From: Phyllosticta citribraziliensis
Taxonomy: Eukaryota
Direction of reading: 5' to 3'
Assembly: GCF_038025025.1 (NCBI RefSeq)
Contig: NW_027117350.1
Coordinates: forward strand, 310,001 to 374,000
Length of the DNA: 64,000 nt
The notes under the pieces were generated by a model. It saw nothing but the letters and a program-made list of their open reading frames with translations, had not been told where the DNA came from and did no database searches. Position numbers and translations under genes: made by a program. Below are positions 23,399 to 36,300 of the stretch, piece after piece. Positions within the stretch are counted from its first letter, which is position 1. Each line of letters opens with the position of its first letter.

Positions 23399-24808
23399 AT
23401 GGATACGCGCCAACGACAGCAGTATTACTACCAGCCAGGCCCCGCACCTCAGATACCTTTGCAGTCACACGGCCAGCAAACATCGAATCAGCGATTCTCG
23501 TGGCAGTTGCCTCTGACGCAAGATGAAAGCCTCCCGCTTACTCGACTCGACTCGGCGTCTCCGCGTTTGCAGGAGCCGAACCAACCGCAATATGCGTATT
23601 CACAGGCCTCAAGGCAATCTCCTTCACTTCGGACGGACGTGCCGCCACGAGAAAATCGCTATTCGTACATGAAAACCCCTGTCGAGTATCAGCAACCTAC
23701 TTTTGCGCAGACGCCATCTTTTTCTCACGCGCGACGACCTACTGAGCCTACAATCCCGCAATCCGAACCAACCTCGCCTGTGGACTCTGAAGGGCCAACA
23801 CCAGTCAGGACGACTGCCCCGCAAAGACTCTCGGCGAGTTTGTGTAAAGAGACAGGTGCCGCAGAACTGAGTCCAGTGAACCTACCAAAGGAGTACGACC
23901 GGGAACCACCTCAGGAACCGCACCCAGCATTATTTGCGCCGGTCGTGGATCGCACTCGGTCTCCCCCGGGTTCAGTCACATCGCGCAGTCAAACGAGTAG
24001 TATGGCTCCCACCTCGCCTCGAAATGTCTTCACGCCGCCGCCGCCGCAGTCTCCTCCACCACACCAACAACAACCACCGTACGGCGCGGCACCCAGCTCT
24101 CCAGGACCAATCCCACTGAAGAACGGACAAGACGACGAGGTAGACGCGCCCCACCTAGCCCCAAAATCACCAACAGATCCGTATGGCACATACCAGCCCA
24201 TGTCACAGCCCAAGCCAATATTCTCGCCAGATAACCCTGTGGGCCCCAATGGTCTGCCGCTGCAACTGCACCAACCCGGTCAAATCATGCATCCTAACAT
24301 GGACCTCTCAAACCCAGGAAGCCAACAGGAGTGGAAGCACTCGATGTGCGAGTGCTCTGCGGACTGCGGCACATGTCTGACCGGAGTTTTTTGCCCGTGT
24401 ATCCTGTTTGGCAAAACGGCGTTCCGACTGCGCCGCAAGAACGAGAAGAAGGATCCTACAGACTTGCTTGGATGGAGCAGCTTCAACGGGTCATGCGCGG
24501 CAATGGCTGCGACTATTGCTTGCGCCTTTTGCGGTACGTATCCTCCCTTGATGGTCCCTGTTCGCGGTTCTAATATGCCCAAAGGCATGTTTCCACTTTT
24601 CCACCGCACGCGGTTACGGCACCTTTACCATCTGGAAGGCAATGTCTTCTCCGACTCGGTCAAGGCGTGCTGCTGTTGTTGCTGCGCCGTTATACAAAAC
24701 GAGAGGGAAGTCAGAGATCGAGAGGAGAGCAATCGGCGATGGGCTGGTCCTGCAAGCGGCCCGACTGTGTACGAGAGGGAAGAGATGATGCGATATGCAC
24801 ACCCTTGA
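23399..24808 (+). CDS. PLAC8-domain (Cys-rich) protein with long Pro/Gln-rich N-terminus; probable in-frame intron 24534-24584
   Basis: WKHSMCEC, CLTGVFCPCILFGKTAFRL, RTRLRHLYHLEGNVFSD and CCCCCAVIQNEREV. Confidence 0.85.
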   Translation: MDTRQRQQYYYQPGPAPQIPLQSHGQQTSNQRFSWQLPLTQDESLPLTRLDSASPRLQEPNQPQYAYSQASRQSPSLRTDVPPRENRYSYMKTPVEYQQPTFAQTPSFSHARRPTEPTIPQSEPTSPVDSEGPTPVRTTAPQRLSASLCKETGAAELSPVNLPKEYDREPPQEPHPALFAPVVDRTRSPPGSVTSRSQTSSMAPTSPRNVFTPPPPQSPPPHQQQPPYGAAPSSPGPIPLKNGQDDEVDAPHLAPKSPTDPYGTYQPMSQPKPIFSPDNPVGPNGLPLQLHQPGQIMHPNMDLSNPGSQQEWKHSMCECSADCGTCLTGVFCPCILFGKTAFRLRRKNEKKDPTDLLGWSSFNGSCAAMAATIACAFCGTYPPLMVPVRGSNMPKGMFPLFHRTRLRHLYHLEGNVFSDSVKACCCCCCAVIQNEREVRDREESNRRWAGPASGPTVYEREEMMRYAHP

Positions 24809-25437
24809 TACAACGGAAGACTCAATCCATGGCTCAGCAACGACTTTTCAGGATACGGATGTCAGCCAGGATCAAGATGAATAGCTGGTAAACAAATATC
24901 AGACACGAACCGCGATTATTATCGCAGCGGGTATTGAAAAAGAAGAAGAATTCTGGCACCGCCAACGGACCCAGGGACCTGTCGTTCGTCACCGCGGCCG
25001 CACTTGGGGAGCTTTCGTTTCTCACAACGGCCAGATCCGCTCAGGGAGCTGCCACTTCATTCATCACGCACTTCTACAGATTACTCCAATACTCGATACC
25101 GCACCACACAGCGCAAAGCTTCTCATTTCATTGTCTGTCGGCTCCCCTCACAGCCAGGAGCCCATCATCTCTCTTTATATACCCTCGATTTCATTCCCAC
25201 AACTTCTACTCGTCTAAATCCTTTCTTCTGCAGATTAGATCAATAAGACACAGAGTCACACGAAAGACGCATCTCCGTTTCTCGCTTCCAAGTACAGTGC
25301 AGCGACGGTTCTCTCCTATGTATGTTCCAGAATCGTTTTCGCAACTCTTGGTCTCACTTCGCTGCTTCCTTTCTCAGCGCACTCATTACGTCACTGTCAC
25401 CATCAGCCTGGTTCCTTCTGTACAACACGCCCAACAT

Positions 25438-25512
25438 CCAAAAGCACAACGCCAAAAGCACAACGCCAAAAGCACAACGCCAAAAGCACAACGCCAAAAG
25501 CACAACGCCAAA
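25438..25512 (+). repeat. Minisatellite, 14-bp unit CCAAAAGCACAACG x5 plus partial copy
   Basis: Five identical consecutive copies read directly from the sequence. Confidence 0.95.
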
Positions 25513-26842
25513 TTCTCCGACGGATCAGCCCAGCCCAGCTCAGCCTGCCACAGCGTGCACGACCTACGCCCCCCACCTACGCTCCTACCTCCCTACCTAT
25601 CCGCCAGCAAGCCAGCCAGCCACACACAAAAACAGACCGACACAAAACGAGGGACAAAAGACAAACACCAAAGCCCCGCCTTGTCGCCTTGTCCTGCACC
25701 GCCCCACACACGCAACCCGCAGCGCCCGCTATCGCTATTCTTAAGATCCCCGGTGTCAGCGCACAGAGCCCACGCTTGCTTGCTGACATGCATATGTGTC
25801 CCTTCCCCTCCGCTCCGTCCGGCTCGGCACGCCCTCGCTTGCTGCTTTGAGGCTGCGCACGCGCACGCGTTTGGTCTCTGCTCGTCGCCTGTTGTCGCAC
25901 ACGATGCTGTTGGGCCTTGCTGCGCAGGCGCGACTGGGTCGATTGAGGGAGGGATGGTGAGCACAGTAGGCTTACAGGCAAATGGAGGGTTTGGCTGTGT
26001 TGCAGGCAGGAAGGATAGGTCGTGCGGGGGCTGTACTGGACGGTCTGTGATGCGATGACGTGCGAAGCCTTGCCTTGCCTTGCCTTACCTTGCTACTGCG
26101 ACGGCCTGGACAAGCACGCGAGTAAAGAGACGAGCCGAAATTGGTCTTTGCGGTTACAGTCGCGCTGTGGGGCTTTGCTGTGCTTGCGTCAAAGACACTC
26201 GTGCTACGCGGGGTTGCAACGGTCGATGTCGAGGCTGCTGCTTTGTCGCTTTTGGGTCGTGGCTGCCCATTAGCCTGCCTACCTGGTTGCCGTTTTGGGG
26301 AGCCGAGGGGCTTGGAAGGGAAGGGTGAGAGACTGCGGTTGCTGTTTGTAGGGATGCGATGGATGTGTTACTGCTATGGGGGCTTGAGAGAGGGGTCGGA
26401 GTTTCCATTTGTCGCGATGCAGGCTGTGGGAGTCATTGATCGCTGGGTTGGTGTGAGGCTGTCCCCGGTGTGTTGGATGAAAGAGGAGAGAGCCTCCAAA
26501 GTCTTTGCTGGACTTGAAGGACCGAAATGATGTTCAGTACGGGTCCCATTCCTTCTTTTGGTAGGGAACCATGTTGTAAATGTGCCCTTGATCTCTTGTG
26601 CTTGTCCAAACTTGTGTCTGGCTTTGTGTCATCTCTTGAGTGACGAAGCGGCAGGATGGAGGTATTGGAACCGTGCAAAGCTTCATTTTCTTTCTATTAC
26701 TTGCAGTGTAGTCGCATGTCGGTCCTTCGAAAACTTGAACAGATCACACACTGCCTCATTCCGCACCAGTGCTTGCTCTCTCCATGATTTTGATTCTAAA
26801 TCTCTCAGTCCGACAAGAGGACCAAAGTCTGGACCCAAGCGG

Positions 26843-29142
26843 TCAATACGCCTTGTTCTTCACAATCGATTCGGTTTTCCTGTTGGGGTCCTCCTCCTTG
26901 AAAACAATTTCCAGATTGTCGTTCTCGACGACCCGAATGTGGACTTGTCGTTTGAACAATTCCACTGTCTCGATTCCAGCTCTCGTGTTTTTCAAACTCT
27001 TTTCGGGTGGCTTTGAAAGGAGCGCCAGAGCAGTGAGTTCGGAGATGGAGTCCCAGGCCGAAGATGCGGTTCTGTTGAACCCGATCGAGAAGATGATAAA
27101 TGCCAGTGTGTATGCGACGTAGCTGACCAGGACTGCGAGGGATAGCTTTACTGAAAGCCCTTGACTGGAGTACGCGGCAGGCCCGTCGTAGTAACTTTGG
27201 TAAGAGATGCTGTATGTTGAGGCATTCGACTTTCGCCAATAACCTATTGAGGAAAATTGCTTGTGACCATGGCCACTCATACCATTTACCACCATTCCTG
27301 ACACGATTAGACTGTGAGTGTCAGAGAAGTAGCTCGAGTATCCAAGGTCGCCCCCATTGTAACGTTGGAGATATGGAACAAAGGATATTATCTGTCCCAA
27401 CTGATCAATGACGGAGGAATTTGAATCACCGAAGCTGGGAGCCAAGAGACTTGCCCAGTCTTCTGAGATCTCGACAGCCTCTCTAGCCCAGTGTACATCG
27501 CTGACATCCGGATACCCATTCTCTGTAATTGTTTGGGTGCTATCGGCCCATCCAGCAATGACAGGACACACCATGTGCCTTCTGTAGCCCGACTCCGTCC
27601 AGTTGGAGAGCAACGCGATGATTGAAATGTTGGATCCATTGGCATGAGACCAGCTGATCTTCCAAGTGCGATCGTTTGCTGTGTAGCCTGCTGTTTCTGG
27701 AAACCCCACAGTGGAAGGTTCATTCGTGAAAGGGTTTTCGAATTGGAATAATGTAGAATCAGCTGGCAGTGAGCCATCCTGGCGCGTCGAATTGTCTGGT
27801 TTTTGACAGAAAGAGACCGCGACGGGGGAGAGTGCTCGAAGCGAAATTTTGAGTGGTAGTCTCTTCCGAAATTGTCCGCTGCCCGGAGAAAACAAGCGCA
27901 GAGTGTTCTGGACGGAAAGCGTGAACCATGTAGGGGCAGCCAAAAGAATGGAGCGTTTAGGAAACTGTTTTACACTGTAACCGCGTAAATTTTCCAACTT
28001 GTTCGAAATATTTTGAAGTTCAGGCCCCAGTCTTGTCGAGTTGGCTTTTTGACTGCTGATTTTGTATCTGTACGAAGCCTTTGTGCTGAACGAGGCCAAG
28101 TATTCCTCATCTGTCCTGTCTTTGGTGATCGCGGTCGTAATGAGCTGGCCCAGAGATTCCCATCCTTCGGAAGGACAAATGATGTTGGAACGGTTGTAGC
28201 TTTGAGCAACAGTTAAGGTCTGATTGACAATTTCGCAGTGATCTGGCGAGCCTGATGTTTCAATCCGTTGAGGATAAATGGTGCTCTTGGGATCCAGGGG
28301 GTAGTATTTGCCAGAGAGATATACTGGCCTGGGGATTAAACATGTTGCAATGGAGGGGCCCACAGTCGCAGTGAGGAGCGTGGCGAAGAGAATGAAGACA
28401 GCAAAAGTAAGTTTACGGCGGAGAGGAAAGGCTGGAGACCAAAGTGACCCAAAGAAATCAAGTGACCAAAGATAGCTCAGGCTGTTGAGTTGAAGTCCCG
28501 CCGTGATTGCGCCAAACGGCACACCATCGCTACTTGTGTAATCTCTCTGGAGATACGTCAATGCCACTGCGCTGATTGATGCTTGTGTCACCAACTCCAA
28601 GGCTTTTGCGAGGTACTGTAGTGATGTGGTTGAGACTTCCGTTGTTGACGCCGTGATGCGAAAGTTGATTGACAGCATGGTCAATGCAGCGGCAAGAGGT
28701 ATGACGTGGACGCTCAAAGCCAGGAACGCTGGAAGCCACTGTTGATAAATTGCGACTTTTGGCTGCTCTTGTGTACTCTTCCAAGGGCCGATGGCTGCCA
28801 GGAACACCATTCGAATACTCCTGAGAAAAACCACCAGCAAGGCCTTGAGTCTCAGGGCGCTGGGAGTAGACCAACGCCATCCTTTCCCATTTGGCCTAGG
28901 AAGCACTTGAACTTCAGCTCATGCTACTACTCAACTCGCGGAAACGATCACCTTTTATGTTTGAGATCGTCAGAGCCCTTGGTTCGGTTGAGAGGCAAGG
29001 TCTCGAGCTCGGTTTCGTCTATTGGAGGCTGCACTGACCCCGAGCCCGAGCCCGTCGAAGATGGAGTGGGCGATGGCGTCCTGGTGGAGACGAAGCTGTA
29101 CGTGGATGGCGGTTGTAAGTGCCCTTCTGTGGAAGCCGACAT
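26843..29142 (-). CDS. Hypothetical multi-pass membrane glycoprotein; exons 29142-28952, 28895-26843
   Basis: 687-codon open frame with hydrophobic segments, GVPFGAITAGLQ..SLSYLWS, GPSIA, AWDSISELTALAL, LKNTRAGI and many N-x-S/T sequons. A 56-nt intron links it in frame to the upstream MSASTEG ORF. Confidence 0.75.
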
Positions 29143-30503
29143 TCCGCACAGGGACAAGTTGCATCCAGAAAGGTGTTGGGCGATGAAGACTTGAAAGGTT
29201 TCGTCGAGGTCGGTAAGCAAAATCTCAGCCTTGTCAAATATCCTCAGCCGGGGCATGCGTGGATCGCTGCGCAAATGATTATTCAGAATGCCGAGAAATA
29301 CGATTCTTAGCTGATTCGTTGACATCGCATAGAGACCGGGGATTTGAGGCGTTGAGCAAGGCTGCGGGGATCCGCTCTTGTACAACTTGCTTTGCGATTG
29401 GACAGTGAAAAACCTCGGTCCTTGACTTTGAATGTCAGCCTTTTCAGGCAAAGCAAGGCACCTGCACGGTTCTCGAAGGGCCACCAACCAAATTTGGCCA
29501 TGACAATGTCCAGAGTTTTGGCAATCTCGCGCTATATCTTGTTAGCTTGCTTCCTGTACAGCTCTCTAGGGATGGATCTTCTGAGACTCGTTTGAAGCTT
29601 GTCAGTTCCGAACTGCGACGATTATTCCCGTGGAAGTTGTTTAAAAGGAAGCAGAATGCTCTGGAGACATCGTTAGAAGCCGGGTTGACAAGTTTCAGGT
29701 CCAAGGTTGATGATTTGGTAGTTCGGGCTTTCTCTCTCGGGCCCTTCTTGCGAATCTGCAACGCAGGTCAGTCTGGACTGCAAATCATGAGGGCTTTACC
29801 AAAATACTTTGATTCTATACCACCCGTGATCCTTTACCCCACTGAACTCCGTGCCCAGGGCAACAGGACCCTCCAAATCGACGCCTTCGAAAGCATCGCA
29901 GAGCTAGCTCCTGGAGCCTCTCCGGGCGGTAGTTACAAGAGCTCTCATGGAGAGCACAACGTTGTTTCTTGTTTCGGCGGTCCCTGATTTGGTTGGATCT
30001 TCGGTCGTTTCCTGCATGTCGTGTACCTTGCCCAGTCAATCATTCCTGTCAAGCAGTTCCAGGGTATTCAAAAGAGTCTTCCGCGGCGTACGTACCTCGT
30101 TCAGCTAGCATCGACAAGTCCTTGTACTCTAGAAGCTGTCAATCCAGAGAGACTTCGTCGTCTTTGATTCCAGTCAGAGTTGTCAAAAGTCCCATCTGCG
30201 TTGACCCCAAAGACCCAGCCCGCCTAGGGCACGGACCATGTTCACACCGTGGGAAATAAACACTTCGACTGCAGTCCATCTCAGGACCATGCTTGATCAC
30301 GTGCAGGTTGAAGGGACATCTGATTCCCCCATCTGGTCTGCACCTCTTCATCACATCGTCGTGAGCAAGTGAGCTTCCTTCTACTTCTCCGTCACCAACA
30401 TTCCACACTGCTCTCCCCACCACCACCCAACCGTTCAAGATAGACGCGTCATTTTGCGTACAGTCGTTGGCCTCCAGTTGTTGTCGTTTTTGTCAAAGTC
30501 GCG

Positions 30504-32852
30504 ATGTCGAAGAAGAAGCCTGACAAGATGATGGACGCGTCGTTTCATGACGCCGTCAGCTCTCCGGCGAGTGCGAAGTCGCCAGCAGCTTCAAAGCACC
30601 AAACCCCAATCAAGACGTCCTTCTATGCGAACGACTTGCCATGGACACCCAAGTCTACCGAGACCAGCGCCGCGGCGCCCTTGAGTCGAAAGACCACTGG
30701 CTCTGCTTACTCGCAGCCGACCTCTGACACAGGTAGACCAAGCTTTTCGACGCCGCCCACAGGTGTCGACAGTTACCACCGCTGCCCTGCATGCACGCGC
30801 AAGAACGCTCCCAGTGAAATCACAGACTCTTGCGAGGACTGTCGACTCAGCCAAGATTCGAAGGACGCCGGCCACTCAAAGTTCAAGGCCAAGGTCAAGG
30901 GCCTCTTCAGCAAGAAGAGCAGCAAATCACTGTTCGCCGACGCTCGCAACGCGGCCACAACTGCAGACATTCCTCCCATGCCACCCATGCCAGGGCAGAT
31001 CGTCTCGGGAAACACCTACCAAGAAGACTGGAAGCTTTCTCCACAGCAAGGACGCACATCCTGCTATTACCGCCCGGACACCAGCGTGGCGACCCCATCC
31101 AAGACGAACAGGCTTCCCAACCTGGCTGAAGGTCAGTGAATCTGCAACTCTTTCGGCGACAAAGATGCTAATGCTGCTTCAGGTCAAGCTCTCGACCAGA
31201 CTCCTCCTCCAAAGGCCACCCGGGGTGTTGCTTACATTTTCCTCCCGCCCAACATGAAGCGTTCCCATCGTCCGCCGGAGGTGACCGCGGAATGGCGTCC
31301 AGCGAGGTGGGATATCGTCCAAGAGAGTCCAGGACAGTGGAGTTTGGAACGAACGAAGCCAGCGTACGATGATGGCAGGAAGCTCCCTCTGATTCAACCC
31401 GAAGAGTATCGCGTGCCGGAGCCTGCTCGCCCCAAGTTCGAAAAACCACCGCACACGGCCTGGGCGCTGAAGTCCAAGTTGGCCTACAAGTACCACCGCG
31501 GCCTCGACAGAGCTGAGCCTGTGTGGAAGGCCGAGCCGGAGTTGGGAAATGCCAGGAAAGTCGCCATGAATGCATTTCTCATGACCGATTTTGCTTTGGA
31601 ACGTCATTACGTCAAGGTCTACCCTGGTGGCGACGACTCGTGGATGCGTTCGTATATCGTCCGAGCTTTCCATGTCGACACCAACGCCTACCGAGAGTGG
31701 CGCATCTGTTGCGCTCTCCCGCATTTTCCCAAGTACAAGCTCAAGTCCGTGGTCGCGACCATGATGTACGTGAAGGAGAGCACCAACATTCCTGTCCCGG
31801 CGGTTGTTTGCCACGACGTCAACCTGAACAATCCTCTTGGTATGGAGTATATGATGGTGGAGAGCGGCGGGGGCAGGCCCTATGCCATGGTCGAAAGGGA
31901 GCTCAGCTTTGAAGCAAAGAAGACCTTTGCCCGCGGCGTCGCCGACTGCGTCGACCAGCTCTCGAATCTGGCCTTCAGCGACATTGGCAGCCTCTACCGC
32001 GACTTCACGAAGCCCGACGGAGATTTCAACTCGTACTTCGTCGACATTTGCACTGAGCCCCACTTGACCCGAGACATGCGCGTCGACTACGCAGTCCCTC
32101 GAGGCCCGTACAGAAACCTCTACGACTTCTACACTGCTCAGATTGCGGTCCTCAACATCGAGGCCAAAGACCGTCGCCAGAAGGAGCGCCTGAAGCACTG
32201 GTTTCCTTCGCAGGCCGAGCCAAAGAAGACCGAGGAAAATGGTACCATGAAGGACCTGGTCCAGAAGAAGCTGAAGTCGAGCGACCCCAAAGAGGATGGA
32301 CCCTGGGAATTCCTGCCTCCACCAACCTACACGTTTGACGACCTGCAGCTCCTGCCCACCTTCTGCGATGCTTTTCAGAGCATCCTGTACCTCCTCACCA
32401 GCAGCAAGGAGGTTGTTCCGGGTCAGACGCGTCTGGGACACTTCAACTTGTCGAAGGATAACATCTTGGTGAACGAACGTGGCGAGATTACTGGCATTCT
32501 TGACTGGGAAAATGCGTGGGTGGCGCCGCCCGAGCTGATCCCGAAGTACCCGGCGTGCCTTCCCAACTTGAACGAGGAGAACCCTGAGCCCATGCTCGAC
32601 TTCGCCTCGGACGACGGCGACTCCGACAAGGAGGACAAGTGGGAGGACATGATGCTCGCCATGGAGTACGAGGACAGGCTCAAGGAGCTCAACTCGGCGC
32701 ACCTGGAGGTCTTGTACAAGCACCGCGACCCCCAGCTCGTCAAGATGGAGGAGTTCCTCCGGAAGGTTCCCTCCATGGAGACCTTCATGGAGTTCCTGGA
32801 CGACGTTGACCGCAGCCGCAAGGGTGCGAAGGAGGAGGAGACCTGGTTGTGA
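30504..32852 (+). CDS. Aminoglycoside phosphotransferase/choline kinase-like (APH family) protein; exons 30504-31131, 31183-32852
   Basis: SVVATMMYVKESTNIPVPAV, NPLGMEYMMVE, FSDIGSLY, RGPY and HFNLSKDNILV..ITGILDWE. The 51-nt intron (GTCAGT..CTAAT..CAG) joins the two ORFs in frame. Confidence 0.8.
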
Positions 32853-33330
32853 GGGTGGGGGTGATGGGGTTTGGCCTTTTGTTGGATCGGAGGACGCCTC
32901 CGCTCTCCTGGTGTCCGCTGGTCTCTGGTTCTCTTCTGGTCCCCTTGTTTGATACCCCCATGGAGCATTCAGTCGCTTTGGCAACTCTCCCCTTTGGTCC
33001 TAGTAGTCAGTTCAGAAAATAAAAAATACAGTTGAAAAGCACAGATGTGATCCGCTATTCCAGTGATCTGTTGTGACAATCAGCATTGTTTCGGGAGATG
33101 TTCAGAGACAATGAGACAGAGCCTCAGGAGGAGCCTTATGACACCATCCATGGCGACATTCAGGAAGCATTCTGACACCGTGAAAAGATCTAGGAAAAGC
33201 TCTGATTAACGCCAAATTGCGTCTAGTGAACTGCAAGTCAGCGGCGCTCCGGAGAAACTACGGCTTTTGACGTGATCCCGAACAGAATACTGACCTGCTA
33301 CCTTTCTTCCTAACCAGCAGACCTGCTAAT

Positions 33331-36300
33331 TTACCTCTTCAATGTCTTCTGCTTCTCACCATGCTCCACAATCTTCCTGTTGACAAACAAGCCCTTCCTC
33401 CTCCTGACACCCTCCATGTACTTTTTGGCAACATTCTCCTTGTCCGCAAGCTCACCCAAATCCTCCAAGTCCTCCTCGGTGAACGGGACCCAAAACGGGT
33501 CTTCGTCGAGCATCTCAAAGCCAACAAAGACGAGCTGCGGCTGCGCCGCGCCGCTGGTGCGCTTGCGCATCTCCTCGGAGAAGCCGAACGCCTCGGCGAC
33601 GGGCAGCAGTGCCGTGATGCTGAAAAAGGGCGTGCCCTCTTTCATGGCCTCGGACACGATGCGCCCGCGCCGCCGCGTCACGACGCCGTAGACGCGGCCC
33701 AGCACCTCGGTCGACGCCTGGATCTCGCAGCTGTACATGGCCAGCATCATGCGCGGCGACCAGTCGAGGAAGCCCGTGTGGATCCCGCTGCGCACCGCCT
33801 TGATGACTTCGCCCGTCAGGCGACCCAGCGCCGCCCGGTTGAGCGTCGCGTCGTCGGATGCGAGGCTGATGGATTCGATGGTAACGGCGATGCCTTGGAC
33901 TGGCTCGTTGCAGAGTGGGCCTTGGGACGTGGCGAGCTGGAAGGCGTAGGCGATTTTGTCGCTGAAATCATGGGATGTGACGGTTTCTTCAATGGAAGAA
34001 GGGACGGGGGCTTCGGCGTCAGGGTTGAGCCTAAAATTGTCAGCAACAGCAGTGAGACATAATTGTGTGAAGACACTTACACATGCGGCAGCGCGCCAGT
34101 CTGGTCGATCAACAGATTGGGACCGATTCTGCGAGGTCCAAACGCGGCAATGTTGTCCACGGCGCCCTTCCACGCTTCCCTGTCCTTTTCAGGGACTTTC
34201 TTGAATGCCTCCTGCAACTGCGTCTTCAGCTCGCTCTCACTGAGAACTTGACCACCGGCGAGGACATCTTCAAGTCCGGCCTTTTCTTCGACACCTGCAT
34301 CCGCCTCCACACCCTCTGCCACATCTGCATCGTGGCCCTTTCTCCTCTCCTCTTCTTTGGCTCTCCTCTCGGCGTACAGTTTCTTGACCGCGCCAACGTT
34401 CTTGGCCAAAATTTCCGTCACGGCGGCTGGTAGCGGCCTGACCCGGAGTCGAACGGTCAACTGCTTGCTCGTTGTGACTGCCTCGACGGTACCTCTGGGC
34501 AAGTCCTTTTCCCGCGGGGGATTCATCTCGGGCGCAGCAACAATGGTCTCTCTGTACGGCACAATGGGTGCGCCGGCCTGCACTTCGCACTTGGCGAAGC
34601 GTTCTTTCAGATCCTTCAAGCAGCGCTCCAAGTGCAGCTCTCCAGCCGTCAAAATGACATGCTCGCCCGACTCGAGCACCTCGTACTCGACGCACGGATC
34701 CGCCTGCTCCAGCAGCTTCAATCCGGCCACCATCTTCGAAAGGTCCGTCGGGATCTCTGGTTCCAACGCTACGCGAACGATAGGCTGTGCCAGCAAGCTC
34801 ACGCCAGCAAGGTTGGGTGCGCCTGGGAGCTGGCTGCAGAGCGTGCCGTTTTTGAGAATGTGTCCAGCGAGACCACCGATTCCAAAGACGCAGCCAGCGG
34901 GGATGGATGTGAGGGGCTCAAGGCCGCGGCCCATGAGGAGGTAAAGCGCAGTAATGGTTACACGCTGAGGCTCGGGAGTCGCGTTCGGGTGCGCAGGGCT
35001 TGACTTTGGGCCCAGAACATAGATCTCGTCACCGACAGAGATAGTACCGGAGTAGAGTCGAGCAAATCCAATCAGATGTTCAGGGTCCTCGTTCTTCTCT
35101 TCTTCCTCGACCTCGCCTTGAGGGCCGTCTGCACTAATGACGGATGTCACTCCAAGTGCTTCAGTCATGGCAGATACTTCATCGTCGTCGGCGCCGGTTT
35201 GCAGGGCTTGAGCACGTGCGAACTCCGCACGTTTCTTGCGTGCAAGTTCGCGAGCTTCTTCGGCAGACAGCGTTGCACCTGAGCGTTTCTTGTTCTCGGG
35301 AAGTTCGGACTGCGGGATGGCGACCATTTTGCTGACGTAGGCCACGACGGGATCGTTCTTGTCCTTCTTGAAGTTGACCATTGCATCGGTAATCTTTGGA
35401 TCGACATGATCGCCGCCGGGGGATTGGTCGATAATGTCCTTCATCCGCGCTGCTTGCGCGACTGGAGGCGAGGGGAGATGTTCAATGACGGAGACCAGGA
35501 CGGCGGTAGACAGAGGGAGCCATGCGGCGAAGATGGCCGTCAGGAGAGCGCGTGGATCGCGAGCGCGCAGTACGTGAGGAGGAAGATTTATCCCCAGGCC
35601 TTTTGTGATCTTTTCGAGCAGGGCAGGGTCACTGGATAAGAAGAATAAGCGTCGTGTTTCTATATTCAAGAGCATATCTACAGCGCAGCGCATGTAAGAG
35701 GAAAGGAAAGTCCACGCACCCCTTCCCTTTGTCACCACCTGTCGTGGCCTCGTACACGGCCCATATTTGCTCGAGCACCAGTTGGACAAAGATGGGCTTT
35801 AGCGATCTCCCTTTCAAGTGTTTTGAGCTGAGAACTTTCTTGGACTTGGGATCCAAGTAATAGTCTCCCCAAAGCACCTTTTCGAGGGCAGCTCGTTTTA
35901 TACCAAGCTTTCGCTCATATAAAGCGGCAAACTGCTTGACCGTGAAGGCCCAGCCATCAATGGCGCTGCTAAATATGACGTTGTTCTTCTCGGGAGCAAA
36001 GTAAATGTCCTCGTCATCCTTTTCCTCGTAAGCAGCCTCGGAGGTAACCTCGGACGGGATGTCGGCGTCATCAGCAGCATCGGCGCGCTCTTGTGCCTTG
36101 TCGCTGATGCGCTGGTCCATCTTTTCTCGCCATTTCAAGTCATCTTCCATACGCTCACCTTGGAAAAAGCTGCCCATGACAGCATTCACCTGTTCCAGCA
36201 ACTTGCTTAGATGTGTGTACGCCTCTGAAGGGCTCATCTTGAGCTCGGTGACTAGCCTGTCCATCTTGTTGATGACGAGGAGCGGCTTGAGTTTCTCTAC

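Noticed and set aside
31179..32984. 601-aa antisense ORF
   Set aside because: Shadow of the strongly codon-biased APH-like gene; no recognisable motifs.
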